A stretch of DNA of 64,000 bases from Heterodontus francisci (taxonomy: Eukaryota). Below are positions 38,001 through 49,516 of the stretch, in pieces; positions within the stretch are counted from its first letter, which is position 1, and the number at the start of each line of letters is the position of its first letter. The stretch spans positions 62,001-126,000 of the forward strand of contig NW_027141363.1 of the NCBI RefSeq assembly GCF_036365525.1, in the 5' to 3' direction. Both the position numbers and the translations under genes were made by a program. The notes beneath the pieces were generated by a model that worked only from the letters and a program-made list of their open reading frames with translations, was not told the origin of the DNA and searched no databases.

Positions 38001-39375
38001 TCTATTCTGTTTATTCAGTCACTAAGTAAGGAATAGGAACTTTCTACAAAACAAAATGAGGACCTGACAGAAATCATCACAGATGATCAAGTCCAACAGG
38101 AAAATGAACACAATCTGACAGCAGACAACTTCAACTCACAGTTTCTCTCACTAATTGTTCTGGACATTCCAGCACCTTATGATAGCGAATTATTTACACT
38201 GCTGCTTCTTTCTCTTACTTCTGCTTATCTCTTTCCATCGGTTTCGTTCCCCCTGCTCCTTTTCTCCTTCCCTATCTCTCACACCCTGTAAATTGTTACT
38301 TAATGATGCTTTTCACATAGGATTTATTTCTAACATTCTGCGTCTGTGTTCTGTTCACCAGCCCCAGGTTCAATTATTCTATTCTCAGAGTAAGTTTGTT
38401 CAACGGTGAAACCTCTGTGAATAATTTAATGCATCTACAGAACATTCAAGTCTCCACCTGTTCACCTGCACTCTTCACTTCATCGACAACATATGGAATA
38501 AACAGGATCGAAAGCTACTTCCAGACAAACCTCACAGTCATTGAAATTACTTCTCCTGGAATTATAAAGTAATCTGTTAGAATGTGGGATTGTTTAATTA
38601 ATAAAACACCAACATCAGCGCTGCAGCTGATAATCTACAGAAAGACTCTTGATTCCAACTGATCGAGTGAAAACCAATAAAACATCATATCAATACTTTC
38701 TATTTTACAATGTAGTCCAGTGACAGTGAAGGGTCCACAGTGAAGCAGAGAAGGGGAAGTGAAAGTGTCAGCAGCAAACTCAGTTCAGTAGCCAGACTTC
38801 TGAAGCAGTGTCAGACACACACAGAGTGAAATAATGTTTGATAACAGTGATAATCAATAAATACATTGAAATCCCAGTTAAACTGAGCCATGTTATTGGG
38901 GAGGGAGGATATTGTTCTGTTCCCTTGTAACACTGAGACTGTGAGATGTCTCATTATCAATCACTAAAAAGATATCATAAAAATATTCCAGGACCGGTTA
39001 GATCCACATCATGAAAATGTTAAAAACTCCGAATGGTCTGATTATTAATCGTAACGGAGAACATGATTTGAATGCAGTCAATACACAGAATAATCCAGTA
39101 AGAATGCCACGGTTACTGAAACCAATACAATAAAAGACATGACACATCTCCTGCAGCACTGAAAGAATAGACAATGAGGATATTCCATCAGTAAATTGCT
39201 GGAAAAGAATAGGTGGCTGTGTAACACACACAGTGAGAAATAATACCGAGTACAGCAGCACAGTTAACATCGATTTACACCATTAACAGCTGAGATTCTG
39301 CTTACCAGGAACTCCAATTGCTGCAAGTACTGGATAGTAAATGAATATGAACTGATACATTACTGGATATCCCAT
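35062..39375 (-). CDS. Class A GPCR, GPR139/GPR142-like (type expanded in chondrichthyans); coding exons 39375-39306 and 35966-35062; 324 aa
   Basis: Exon 1 MGYPVMYQFIFIYYPVLAAIGVP G|gtaag; exon 2 ttccag|TT-NLVAIVILSRGKCGLS; MAVSDLLV, FTFDRFVAIC, TNTCIY; 7 hydrophobic segments; no stops. Confidence 0.9.
37052..37985 (+). mobile_element. CR1 3' fragment in the GPCR intron with (GTTCTAT)n tail
   Basis: 259-aa ORF 37123-37902 with CR1 RT C-terminal motifs. Confidence 0.92.
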
Positions 39376-40019
39376 TCCTGTGAGAAGCAGAGGCTTCTAT
39401 TAGCCTGGAATCCACAGCTCCACCAGGCACTCTGAGCTGATCCAATCCATTGGGTCCTAATTTATACAGGGGATAAGTCTCCACTGACACGGTGATACTC
39501 CTAATCATTGCTATTAGTTATACTCACCTCAACAAACACATTACATCAGCAGCTTTGATGCTGATGTAAATAATGTGGTGGATAAAACACAATCATTTCA
39601 ATGTCAATGACATTTTCTTTGTAAGGCCTCTCTCGGGAATGAACCTGAAAACCGTCCTCATACTGCACGGATGCTACAATTATGAGAGGCGTCATTTATA
39701 TTTGCCATATTATTGTATTGACCTTATTCACTCCTGGCATTTCTGTTGTAAATGTAACTGATCTGTCTGCAGTGGACACTGAATCCAGGGACAAAAGCAA
39801 TTACGTTTCACTCTGTTCCTGTCTTTTCCCCAGTTAAAATGTGAACTTTGTGGATCTGATTCAGGACAGTGTTCAGGGTTACAGCCCAGAAACTACTGTG
39901 GGTGATATTGGGGGTCAGACACTGTACACAGCCATTAGGGAGGCAGTCGCATATTGATAATATCACTGCTCAAGTAATCCAGAGGCCCAACCTGATGTGC
40001 TGGGGACAGGGTTCAAAAC

Positions 40020-40512
40020 TCACCTTGGCAGCTGTATAAAATAGAGGGAGCTCCCTCTCTCTGCATAAAGTGGAGAGAGCTCCCTCTGTATGTATACAGT
40101 GGAGGAAGCTCCCTCTCTTTGTTTCAAGTGCAGGGAGCTCCCTCTCTATGTATAAAGTGGAGGGAGCTCATTCTCTATGTCTTAAATGGAGGGAGCTTCC
40201 TCTCTATGTATAAAGAGGAGGGAACTCCCTCTCTATGTATATAGTTTAGGGAGCACCCTCTCTATGTATAAATTGGAGCGAGCTCCCCCTCTATGAATAA
40301 AATAGTGGGAGCTCCCCCTCTACGTATAAAGTGGAGGCAGCTCCCTCTCTATGTATAAAGTGGAGGCAGCTCCCTCTCTACGTATAAACTGGAGTGAGCA
40401 CCCTCTGTACGTATGCAGTAGAGCGAGCTCCCTCTCTATGTATACAGTGCAGTGAGCTCCCTCTCTACGTATAAAGTGAAGGGAGCTCTCGCTCTACGTA
40501 TAAAGTGGAGGG
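40020..40512 (+). repeat. 29-bp minisatellite
   Basis: Repeated gggagctccctctctatgtataaagtgga. Confidence 0.9.
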
Positions 40513-40604
40513 CGAGTCAGGACAAAGGAGAGAGGGAAATGTAAACAAATGGAGTATTGGAGAGAAAAACGAAGTGAAAGACTGAGGGACAGTAGAGTTA
40601 GTAA

Positions 40605-42000
40605 AATTAGACCTTGACAGAACCCCAGAAACAATGTCAATTGTCTGACCCGTCTGGTATTGGGGATTTAGTGTGAGTGCTTTAGGGCTGAGTTTTTGCT
40701 CAAACTGAAGTGACATTCCCAACAAGCGCAAGAGTTACAGATTCAAAATTAACAACGGAATGGCTCGAAGCATTGCTGTCCATGGAGAGAGGGAAACAGA
40801 GATGGAGGGAGAGAGACACAGACAGAATGGGACAGAGACAGAGGGAGAGAGAGACAGAGAGAGTGTGACAGGGCGGGATTAAATGAGAAACTTTAGATCT
40901 AATAATGTTTGAAAAAAGAGAAAATTAAAAACTAAAACTGGCTGTGTGCAAAAACTAAATTTGAAAGGAAACATTTGGGGTTTAGTGTGAGTGTTTTGGA
41001 GGGAACTGTTGGATCAGTGTTTCATATTTTCAAACTGCAGGGACAGTTATTATTGTGGACAATATATTATCAAAAATTGACAAACTTTAGAAGTAGGGGA
41101 AAAGGGAGACAGGGTGTGAGGGGACCTTGACAGAACCTCAGTAAAAATCCCCATTATCTGCCCAGTCCTGTATTGGGGGTTTAGTGTGAGAGTTTAGGGA
41201 GCGTGTGTTGATCAGTGTTTGATATTTTCAAACTGCAGTGACGTTCCCAGCAAGGCCAAGAATTGCAGGTTCAAAATTAACCAATAAATGTTTAGTTTAG
41301 AGATACAGCTCTGAAACAGGCCCTTCGGCCCACCGAGTCTGTGCCGACCATCAACCACCATTTATATACTAATCCTACACTAATTCCATATTCCTACCAC
41401 ATCCCCACCTGTCCCTATATTTCCCGACCACCTACGTATACTAGGGACAATTTATAATGGCCAATTTACCTATCAACCTGCAAGTCTTTGGCATGTCGGG
41501 GGAAACCGGAGCACCCAGAGGAAACCCACGCAGACACAGGGAAAACTTGCAAACTCCACACAGGCAGAATTGAACCCGGGTCGCTGGAGATGTGAGGCTG
41601 CGGTGCTAACCACTGCGCCACTGTGCCACCCACATATTTTCAAACTGCAGGGACGTCCCCAGCAAGGGCAAGAATTGCAGGTTCAAAATTAACCAATAAA
41701 TGGACGAAACCATTTCTGTCCAAGGAGAGAGAGAGGGAGAGATGGTGTGAGAGAGGCACAGGCACAGTCATGGACTGCGGCGGGGAAAGAGGGAGAAGGA
41801 GATCGAGGGAGAGAGAGAAAGAGATGGAGAGAGACAGACATGAGAGGCAGAGACAAATAGAGGATGAGACAAGATGTAACAGTCAGTAACAATCCTCATT
41901 ATCTGCCCAGTCCTGTGTTGGGAGTCTAGTGTGAATGTTTTACGCGTGAGTGTTGGATCAGTGTTTGATATTTTCACACTGCAGTGACCTTCCCAACAAG
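40605..42000 (+). repeat. Degenerate tandem units interrupted by a SINE and a CR1
   Basis: Recurrent tgggg(a/g)tttagtgtgag...ttttcaaactgcag...caaaattaac at ~40660, 40975, 41175, 41635, 41920. Confidence 0.7.
41291..41631 (-). mobile_element. HE1/V-SINE-type SINE, second copy
   Basis: Highly similar to 32898-33251. Confidence 0.9.
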
Positions 42001-42004
42001 GCAG

Positions 42005-42605
42005 GTATAGAATAGAAGAGCTTGGAGGTTATGCTGAAACTGCATAACCCATTGGTTAGACCACAACTCGAGTACTGTGTGCAGTTCTGGTCACATCGTT
42101 ACAGAAAGGATGCAATTGCACTGGAGAGGGTACAGAGGAGATTTACGAGGATGTTGCCAGAACTGGAAAATGCAGCTATGAGGGAAGATTGGATCGGCTG
42201 TGGCTGTTCTCCTTGGCACAGAGAAGGCTGACGGGAGATCTGACTGAAATGTGAAGGGCTTGGATAGAGTGGAAGTGAAGGGTCGATTCACCTTAGTAGA
42301 GAGCTCAGCGATGAAGGGGCATAGACTTAAAGTGATTGGTAGAAAGATTAGAAGGGAGATGAGGAAAATATTTTTCACTCAGAGGGTGGTGAGGGTCTGG
42401 AACAGATGGCCTGAAAGGGGAGTTGAGGCGGAAAACCTCAAGTCATTCAAAAGGAGTCTGGATATGCACCTCAAGTGCCTGAATCTACAGGGCTACGGAA
42501 CAAAGGGTGGCAGGTGGGATTAGAGTAGGAAGATCGTTATTTGTCTGGCACAGATACGATGAGACAAGTGGCCTCTTTCTGTGCCTTAAAATTTCTGTGA
42601 TTCTA
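42005..42605 (+). mobile_element. CR1 3' fragment
   Basis: LVRPQLEYCVQFWS, FFTQRVVRVWN. Confidence 0.85.
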
Positions 42606-42664
42606 AAGGAAAGAGTTACTGGTTCTAAATTAACAAAGACATGTCTGAAAGCATTGCTGTCCTG

Positions 42665-43495
42665 GGACAGAGAGAGGAAGGGAGAGATGAAAAGAGAGAG
42701 AGAGCGAGAGAGAGGCAGAGAAATAGGGGGAAGGGAGAGACAGAGAGAGAGGGAGAGACAGAGAGAGAGGGAAGAAACAGACCGAGAGACAGGGGGGAGA
42801 CAGAGACAGAGCGAGAAAGAGAAACAGAGACAGAGAAGGAGGGAGAGACAGAAGCAGCGGAAATCGAGACAGGGAAGACAGAGACAGCGAGGGAGATAAA
42901 GAAAGACCGAAAGGGAGCGGCACAGAGAGAGAGGGAGGGAGAGGGGGAGGGGCAGAGGGAGAGGGAAAGACAGACGGAGGGACAGACAGAGAGGGGAGAC
43001 AGAGAAGGTGGGAGAGACAGAAACAGGGGAGATAGAGACAAGGGAGACAGAGGGGAGGGAAATTCAGACAGAGAGGGAGTGGCAGAGAGAGGGATAGAGC
43101 GGTAGAGGGAGAGAGGGAGGGACAGAGGGAGAGGGAAAGACAGACAGAGGGACAGATGCAGACGGAGAGACAGAGACAGAGAGAACGATTGGGAGAGACA
43201 GAGATTGGGGGAGACAGGGTAGAGGGAGAGACCGAGACAAAGAGAAAGATGGGAGAGATAGGGATTGGCAGAGAGAGGGAGAGTGAAAGCAGGAGAGACC
43301 AAGAGAGAGCGAGGCAGAGCGGGAGAGACAGAGGGAGGTACAGAGGGAGGGACAGAGGGAGAGACAGACAGAGAGACAGAGAGAGAGACAGAGAGAGACG
43401 GGGAGACCGAGAGAGAGAGAGACAGGGCAAAGAGAGAGAGAGAGGGAGTAAGAGAGTGAAGATAGAAAAATAGAGAGAGACAGAGATAGAGAGTG
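42665..43495 (+). repeat. GA-rich low-complexity tract
   Basis: Direct inspection. Confidence 0.85.
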
Positions 43496-43499
43496 GGCA

Positions 43500-44900
43500 G
43501 ACTACCAGAGCAACTTTAGGTCAGTTATTTTAACTTTGGTGGTAGAAAATATCCAGAAAAAATAATTCGGATCACCATCAATAGTCACATGGATAAATGT
43601 GAGTTAATTCAGGAAAGGCAGTATGGATTTCATAAGGGAAAATCATGTTTAACAAACTGGCTGGAGTTTTTTGAGGAGGTAACTGAGAGGGTTGATGAGG
43701 GCAATGTTGTTGATGTGGTGTACATGGATTTTCAAAAGGCGTTTGATACAGTGCCACACAACAGACGTGTGAGCAAACTTGTAGCTCATAGAATAAATAC
43801 TACGGTAGCAACATGGATACGGAATTGGCTGAGTGGCAGGAAACAAAGAGTTGTGATTAATGGATGTTTTTCAGGCTGAATGAAGTTTTGTAGTGGAGTT
43901 CCCCAGGGGTCAGGGTTGGGACCCTTGAGTTTCTTCATATGTATATTAATGACCGAGACCTCGGTGTACAGGGCACAATTTCAAAGTTTGCAGATGATAC
44001 GAAACTTGGAAGCATTGTGAACTGTGAGGACGATAGTGACGAATTTCAAAAAGACATAGACAAGTTGGTGGAATGGGCAGGCAGGTGGCAGATAACGTTC
44101 AATGCATAGAAATGTGAAGTGATTCATTTTGGTAGGAAGAACATGGAGTGACAATATAGAATAAAGGGAACAATTCCAAAGTGGGAGCAGGAGCAGAGGG
44201 ACCTGGGTGTAAATGTACAGAAGTCATTGAAAGTGGCAGTCAGGTTGAGAGAGTGGTTAATAAAGCATACAGTATCCTGGGATTTATTAATAGGGGCACA
44301 GAGTACAAGAGCAAGGAGGTTATGTAGAACTTGTATTAGACACTAGTTCATCCTCAGCACGAGTATTGCGTCCATTTCTGAGAGCCACACTTTAGGAAAG
44401 ATGTGAGGGCATTGGACAGAGTACAGAAGAGATTCACGAGAATGGTTCCAGGGATGAGGAATTTCAGTTATGAAGATAGATTGGAGAAGTTAGGACTGTT
44501 TTCCTTGGAGAAGAGAAGGCTGAGAGGTGATTTGATAGAAGTATTCAACATCATGAGGGATCTGGACAGAGCAGATAGGGAGAAACTGTTCCCACTTGTG
44601 AAAGGATCGAGAACGAGATGACACAGACAGAAAATATTTGGTCAGAGAAGCAAAAGTGACATGGGGAAAATCTTTTTCATGCAGTGTGTGGTTAATGTCT
44701 GGAATGCACTGCCTGAGAACGTGGTGGAGGCAGGTTCAATTGAAGCATTCAAAAGGGAATTAGACAGTGATATGAAAAGGAAGAATGTGCAGGGTTATGA
44801 AGAGAAGGCAGGGTAATGGAACTGAGAGAATTGCACTCTCGGAAATCCAGTGCAGACAAGATGGCCCGAATGGCCTCCTTAAGCACTGCAACAACTCTGA
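43500..44900 (+). mobile_element. Degenerate CR1 (RT to 3' tail)
   Basis: QYGF, DFQKAFD, ADD, VQKRFTRM motifs. Confidence 0.88.
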
Positions 44901-45020
44901 TACAGAGGCAGAGAAAGAGAGAAGGGGAGAGACAGAGAGAGAGGCAGAGGGAGAGAGAGCATGTGAGAGAGACAGAGACAGAGAAGGTGAAACAGAGAGA
45001 GGGGCAGGCAGTGGCAAAGT

Positions 45021-45168
45021 NNNNNNNNNNNNNNNNNNNNNNNNNNNNNNNNNNNNNNNNNNNNNNNNNNNNNNNNNNNNNNNNNNNNNNNNNNNNNNNN
45101 NNNNNNNNNNNNNNNNNNNNNNNNNNNNNNNNNNNNNNNNNNNNNNNNNNNNNNNNNNNNNNNNNNNN
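45021..45168. other. N run (gap or masked sequence)
   Basis: 148 Ns. Confidence 0.99.
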
Positions 45169-45344
45169 AGGAGACAGCTTGGGAGGGAGAGATGATGTGA
45201 GAGAAAAACAGAGTAAAGTATTCAGACAGAATAAGAGTGACAGAGAGAGGGAGAGACAGTGACAAGGAGAGGGTCAAAGAGAGACAGAGACAGAAAGAGA
45301 GAAGGAGAGGCACAGAAAGGGAGAGCGAGAAAGAGAGAGAGATA

Positions 45345-47110
45345 TCACACGGTGGAGATACAATAATAAGAGAACCACACAGAGACACTCCCTGCGGAGA
45401 TACTATAATAACAGACCCACTCAGTCACTCTCCTTTGTGGAGATGCTATGATAACAGACCCACTCAGTAGCTCTCCCAGTGGAGATACTATAATAACAGA
45501 CACACTCACAGACTCTCTCTCTAACGATACTATAATAACAGACTCACTCGGTGACTCTCCCTGTCGAGATACTATGATTACAGACGCACTCAGTGAATCT
45601 CCCTGTGGAGATACTGCAATTTCAGATCTACTCACTGACTCTCCTTGTGGTGATAGTTTAAGAACAGACCCACTCAATGATTGTCCCAGTTGAGATACGA
45701 TATTTACAGACCCACTCAGTAACTCTCCCTGTGGAGATACGATAATAACAGACCAACTCAGTGACACTCCTTGTGGAGATACTATAATAACAGTGCAACT
45801 CAGTGACTCTCCTTGTGGATATACTATAATAACAGACCCACTCAGTGACTCTCCCTGTGGAGATAGTGTAATAACAGACCCACTCAGTGACTCTCCCTGT
45901 GGACATGCGACAGCAACAGACCCACTCAATGATTGTCCCAGTTGAGATACTATAATTGCAGACCGACACAGTGACTCCCCTCGTGGAGATGCAATAATAA
46001 CAGACCCACTCAGTGACTCTCCCTGTGGAGATACTATAATAACAGACCCACTCAGTGACTCTCTGTGGAGATACTATAATAACAGACCGACTCAGTGACT
46101 CTCCCTGTGGAGATACTATAATAACAGACCCAATCAGTGACTCTCCCTGTGGAGATACTATAATAACTGACCGACTCAGTGACTCTCCCTGTGCAGAGAC
46201 TGCAATAACAGACATAATCATTAACTCTCCCTGTGGAGATACTGTAATACCAGAGACACTCAGTGACACTCCCACTGGAGATACCATAATAACAGACACA
46301 CTCAGTTTCTCTCCCTGTGGAGATACTATAATAACAGACCCACTCAATGACTCTCCGCGAGGAGGTACTATAATAAGAGACACAATCATACACTCTCCCT
46401 GTGTAGATAATACAAAAACAGACCCACTCAGTGGCTCCCCCTGTGCAGATGCTAAAGAAACAGATTCACACAGTGACTCTCCCTGTGGAGATACTACAAC
46501 AACAGAGACACTTACTGACTCTCCCACTTGAGATACTACAATAACAGACATAATCATTCACCATCCCTGCGGAGATACTATAATAACAGCCGCACTCAGA
46601 GACTCTCCCTCAGGAGATACTATAATAACAGACCAACTCAGTGACCCTCCTTGTGGAGATATTATAATAACAGACCCACTCAGTGACTCTCACTGTGGAG
46701 ACACTGTAATTTCAGATCCACTCACTGACACTGCCTGTGGTGATAGTATAAGAACAGACCCACTCAATGAATGTCCCAGTTGAGATACTATAATTACAGA
46801 GAGACACAGTGACTCTCCCTGTGGAGATGCAATAATAACAGACACAATCATTCACTCTCCCTGTGGAGATGCAATAATAACAGACCCACAAAGTGACTCT
46901 CACTGTGGAAATACTATAATAACATACCCACTCAGTGACTCTCCATGTGGAGATACTATAACAACAGACGCACTCAGTGACTCTCCCTTTGGAGATACAC
47001 TAATAACAGACCGACTCCACTGGGAGATTCACTGAGTGGGTCTGTTATTATAATATCTCCACAGGGAGAGTCACTGAGTGGGTCTGTTATTATAGTATCT
47101 GCACGGGGTG
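45345..47110 (+). repeat. 42-bp minisatellite (~40 units); last ~2 units inverted (~47025-47110)
   Basis: Unit ctccctgtggagatactataataacagacccactcagtgact; 14-aa periodic ORFs. Confidence 0.95.
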
Positions 47111-47789
47111 CAGATACTCTGTAAACTCCCACCCTGACCTCTCTGTCCTCGACCTCCTTCTCTGCTCCAATGAAGCTCAACAGAAACTCGAAGAACAGCA
47201 CCTCATCTTTCAATTGGGCACTTTACAGCTTTCTGAACTCAACAGCTAGTTTAACAATTTCTGATCATAACCACTGCTCCGGTTTATTTGGACAGAGGCT
47301 TGTTGGTAATGATTGTGTTTCTGCCAGTTCTGCCTCTTCTAGACCCATCTTTTGTTCTTTACTTGACCCATTAACTTCCCCTTTGTCTTGCACCAGCCTC
47401 AGTTTTGTTATTCAATCTATTTTGCATTTCTCCCATTCCCCGTCTCTCTGACTTTGTGCTGCTTAAAAGTTAATAGATCTGTAAATCCTTCCAGTTCTGC
47501 TGAAAGATCTACGACCTGATATGCTAATATTTTTTCTCCCTCCACAGAGGCTGTCTGATCTGATTAACATTTCCATCCTTATTTATTTATAACCCAGAAA
47601 TGCAACGAGCACCAATATAGTGACAGAGCACCCAGAACCGAAACCATCCAGCATCTGCGGTACCTTGTGTTCAGTTCACCAGTCTGTAACAGGGATGTAG
47701 TTATTTAATTATCAGGAGCGGTTCATAGACAAGTTTCAAAGTCCCTATTGAAACATCATCAATAATCTGATCCTTATCACGGTCCAACA

Positions 47790-47803
47790 CCGCCCTCTGC
47801 TGT
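47790..47803 (-). promoter_or_regulatory. CTCF-like motif downstream of the V2 RSS
   Basis: - strand ACAGCAGAGGGCGG. Confidence 0.45.
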
Positions 47804-47875
47804 CACTGTGGAGAAAGACAACACTGTCAGTGAATAAACCACAACAGTGTCTGTATATCTATTTACCTATCTATC

Positions 47876-48747
47876 NNNNNNNNNNNNNNNNNNNNNNNNN
47901 NNNNNNNNNNNNNNNNNNNNNNNNNNNNNNNNNNNNNNNNNNNNNNNNNNNNNNNNNNNNNNNNNNNNNNNNNNNNNNNNNNNNNNNNNNNNNNNNNNNN
48001 NNNNNNNNNNNNNNNNNNNNNNNNNNNNNNNNNNNNNNNNNNNNNNNNNNNNNNNNNNNNNNNNNNNNNNNNNNNNNNNNNNNNNNNNNNNNNNNNNNNN
48101 NNNNNNNNNNNNNNNNNNNNNNNNNNNNNNNNNNNNNNNNNNNNNNNNNNNNNNNNNNNNNNNNNNNNNNNNNNNNNNNNNNNNNNNNNNNNNNNNNNNN
48201 NNNNNNNNNNNNNNNNNNNNNNNNNNNNNNNNNNNNNNNNNNNNNNNNNNNNNNNNNNNNNNNNNNNNNNNNNNNNNNNNNNNNNNNNNNNNNNNNNNNN
48301 NNNNNNNNNNNNNNNNNNNNNNNNNNNNNNNNNNNNNNNNNNNNNNNNNNNNNNNNNNNNNNNNNNNNNNNNNNNNNNNNNNNNNNNNNNNNNNNNNNNN
48401 NNNNNNNNNNNNNNNNNNNNNNNNNNNNNNNNNNNTATCTNNNNNNNNNNNNNNNNNNNNNNNNNNNNNNNNNNNNNNNNNNNNNNNNNNNNNNNNNNNN
48501 NNNNNNNNNNNNNNNNNNNNNNNNNNNNNNNNNNNNNNNNNNNNNNNNNNNNNNNNNNNNNNNNNNNNNNNNNNNNNNNNNNNNNNNNNNNNNNNNNNNN
48601 NNNNNNNNNNNNNNNNNNNNNNNNNNNNNNNNNNNNNNNNNNNNNNNNNNNNNNNNNNNNNNNNNNNNNNNNNNNNNNNNNNNNNNNNNNNNNNNNNNNN
48701 NNNNNNNNNNNNNNNNNNNNNNNNNNNNNNNNNNNNNNNNNNNNNNN
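47876..48747. other. N runs, probably within a (TATC)n microsatellite
   Basis: Flanked by ctatctatc; internal tatct at 48436-48440. Confidence 0.9.
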
Positions 48748-49024
48748 CATTAAACCCTTTCAGAATCTCTCGAAGAACACAAAAGGTTTATCCTTCAGTC
48801 TTCTCTTTTCTGGTTCAGACTACTTTGATCGCTATAACTTCTCAGTATCGGTATCATTCCTCGAAATTCTATCTCGCAATTTTCCACTGTCTCGAAATCT
48901 AATCTCTTTCTATCTAAATCCGCCCTGTCTTCTTGTGAAAAACATGTTCCCAATGACAAAAACACCCAGCAGGATGCAGCACCGTCTGGGTTTATCTGAA
49001 ACAGGTGTTTCCTGTTGCCTTTGG

Positions 49025-49063
49025 GGTTTTTGTTGAACTGCTCCATCTCTCTGAGTCACTGTG
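49025..49063 (-). other. Consensus 23-RSS of V2
   Basis: CACAGTG (49063-49057) + 23 nt + ACAAAAACC (49033-49025). Confidence 0.96.
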
Positions 49064-49516
49064 AAGACTCCAGGCACAGAAATACACGGCCGAGTGATTC
49101 TCCCGCAGGCTGGAGGACTCAAGGTTGAACTGGGAGTCAGTTGGTCTCTCGGCGGTGAAACCGCCCACCGTCCCCTCTGGATCTACATAGTTAGCAGTAC
49201 TGGAGTAAAACATCAACAGCGGCTCCTTCCCCAGGTATTGTCTGTACCAGTACATTCTAGCAGTACTGGTGCCCTCCAATGTGCACCTCAGTTCCACTGC
49301 CTCTCCACGCAATCTGGAGACTGCGGCGGGAGTCTGGTGGATAGTCTGTGAGTTCACATCTGGGAGAGAGATGGAGAGAAGAGCAGATCAGTAAACAGGA
49401 AACTTCTGGGAATGAAAGGGAGACAGGGAGAAGAGAGGAAAGTTATTAACGATAGTTTTTGTATTTCACACTCACTTACAATGAAACAGGATTATCAGAC
49501 CCAGTAACAGATTAAT
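49064..49516 (-). CDS. TRBV: TCR V segment V2 (TRBV30/Trbv31-like); leader 49516-49480 begins ATT instead of ATG; V exon 49359-49064 intact (ORF or possible pseudogene)
   Basis: SQTIHQTP...CTLEGTS..MYWYRQ..FYS..RPTDSQFNLESSSL..YFCAWSL; T|gtaagt donor and cccag acceptor; leader homologous to that of V1. Confidence 0.88.

Noticed and set aside
45345-47010. CRISPR-like periodic array or repetitive protein
   Set aside because: Contiguous tandem units without unique spacers in a vertebrate genome; ORFs are interrupted by stops
47590-47660. - strand FGSGCSVTIL, resembling a J-segment FGxG motif
   Set aside because: No upstream 12-RSS and no proper phase-1 splice donor after the motif. It reads equally well as MLDGFGSGCSVTILVLVAFLG, a possible orphan leader with a weak donor and no V exon.
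47804-47810. Isolated CACTGTG heptamer
   Set aside because: No nonamer at 12 or 23 spacing
1400-49000. D, J or C segments between the convergent Vs
   Set aside because: No D core flanked by 12/23 RSSs, no 12-RSS+FGxG and no C1-set exon found by eye; the gaps cannot be excluded
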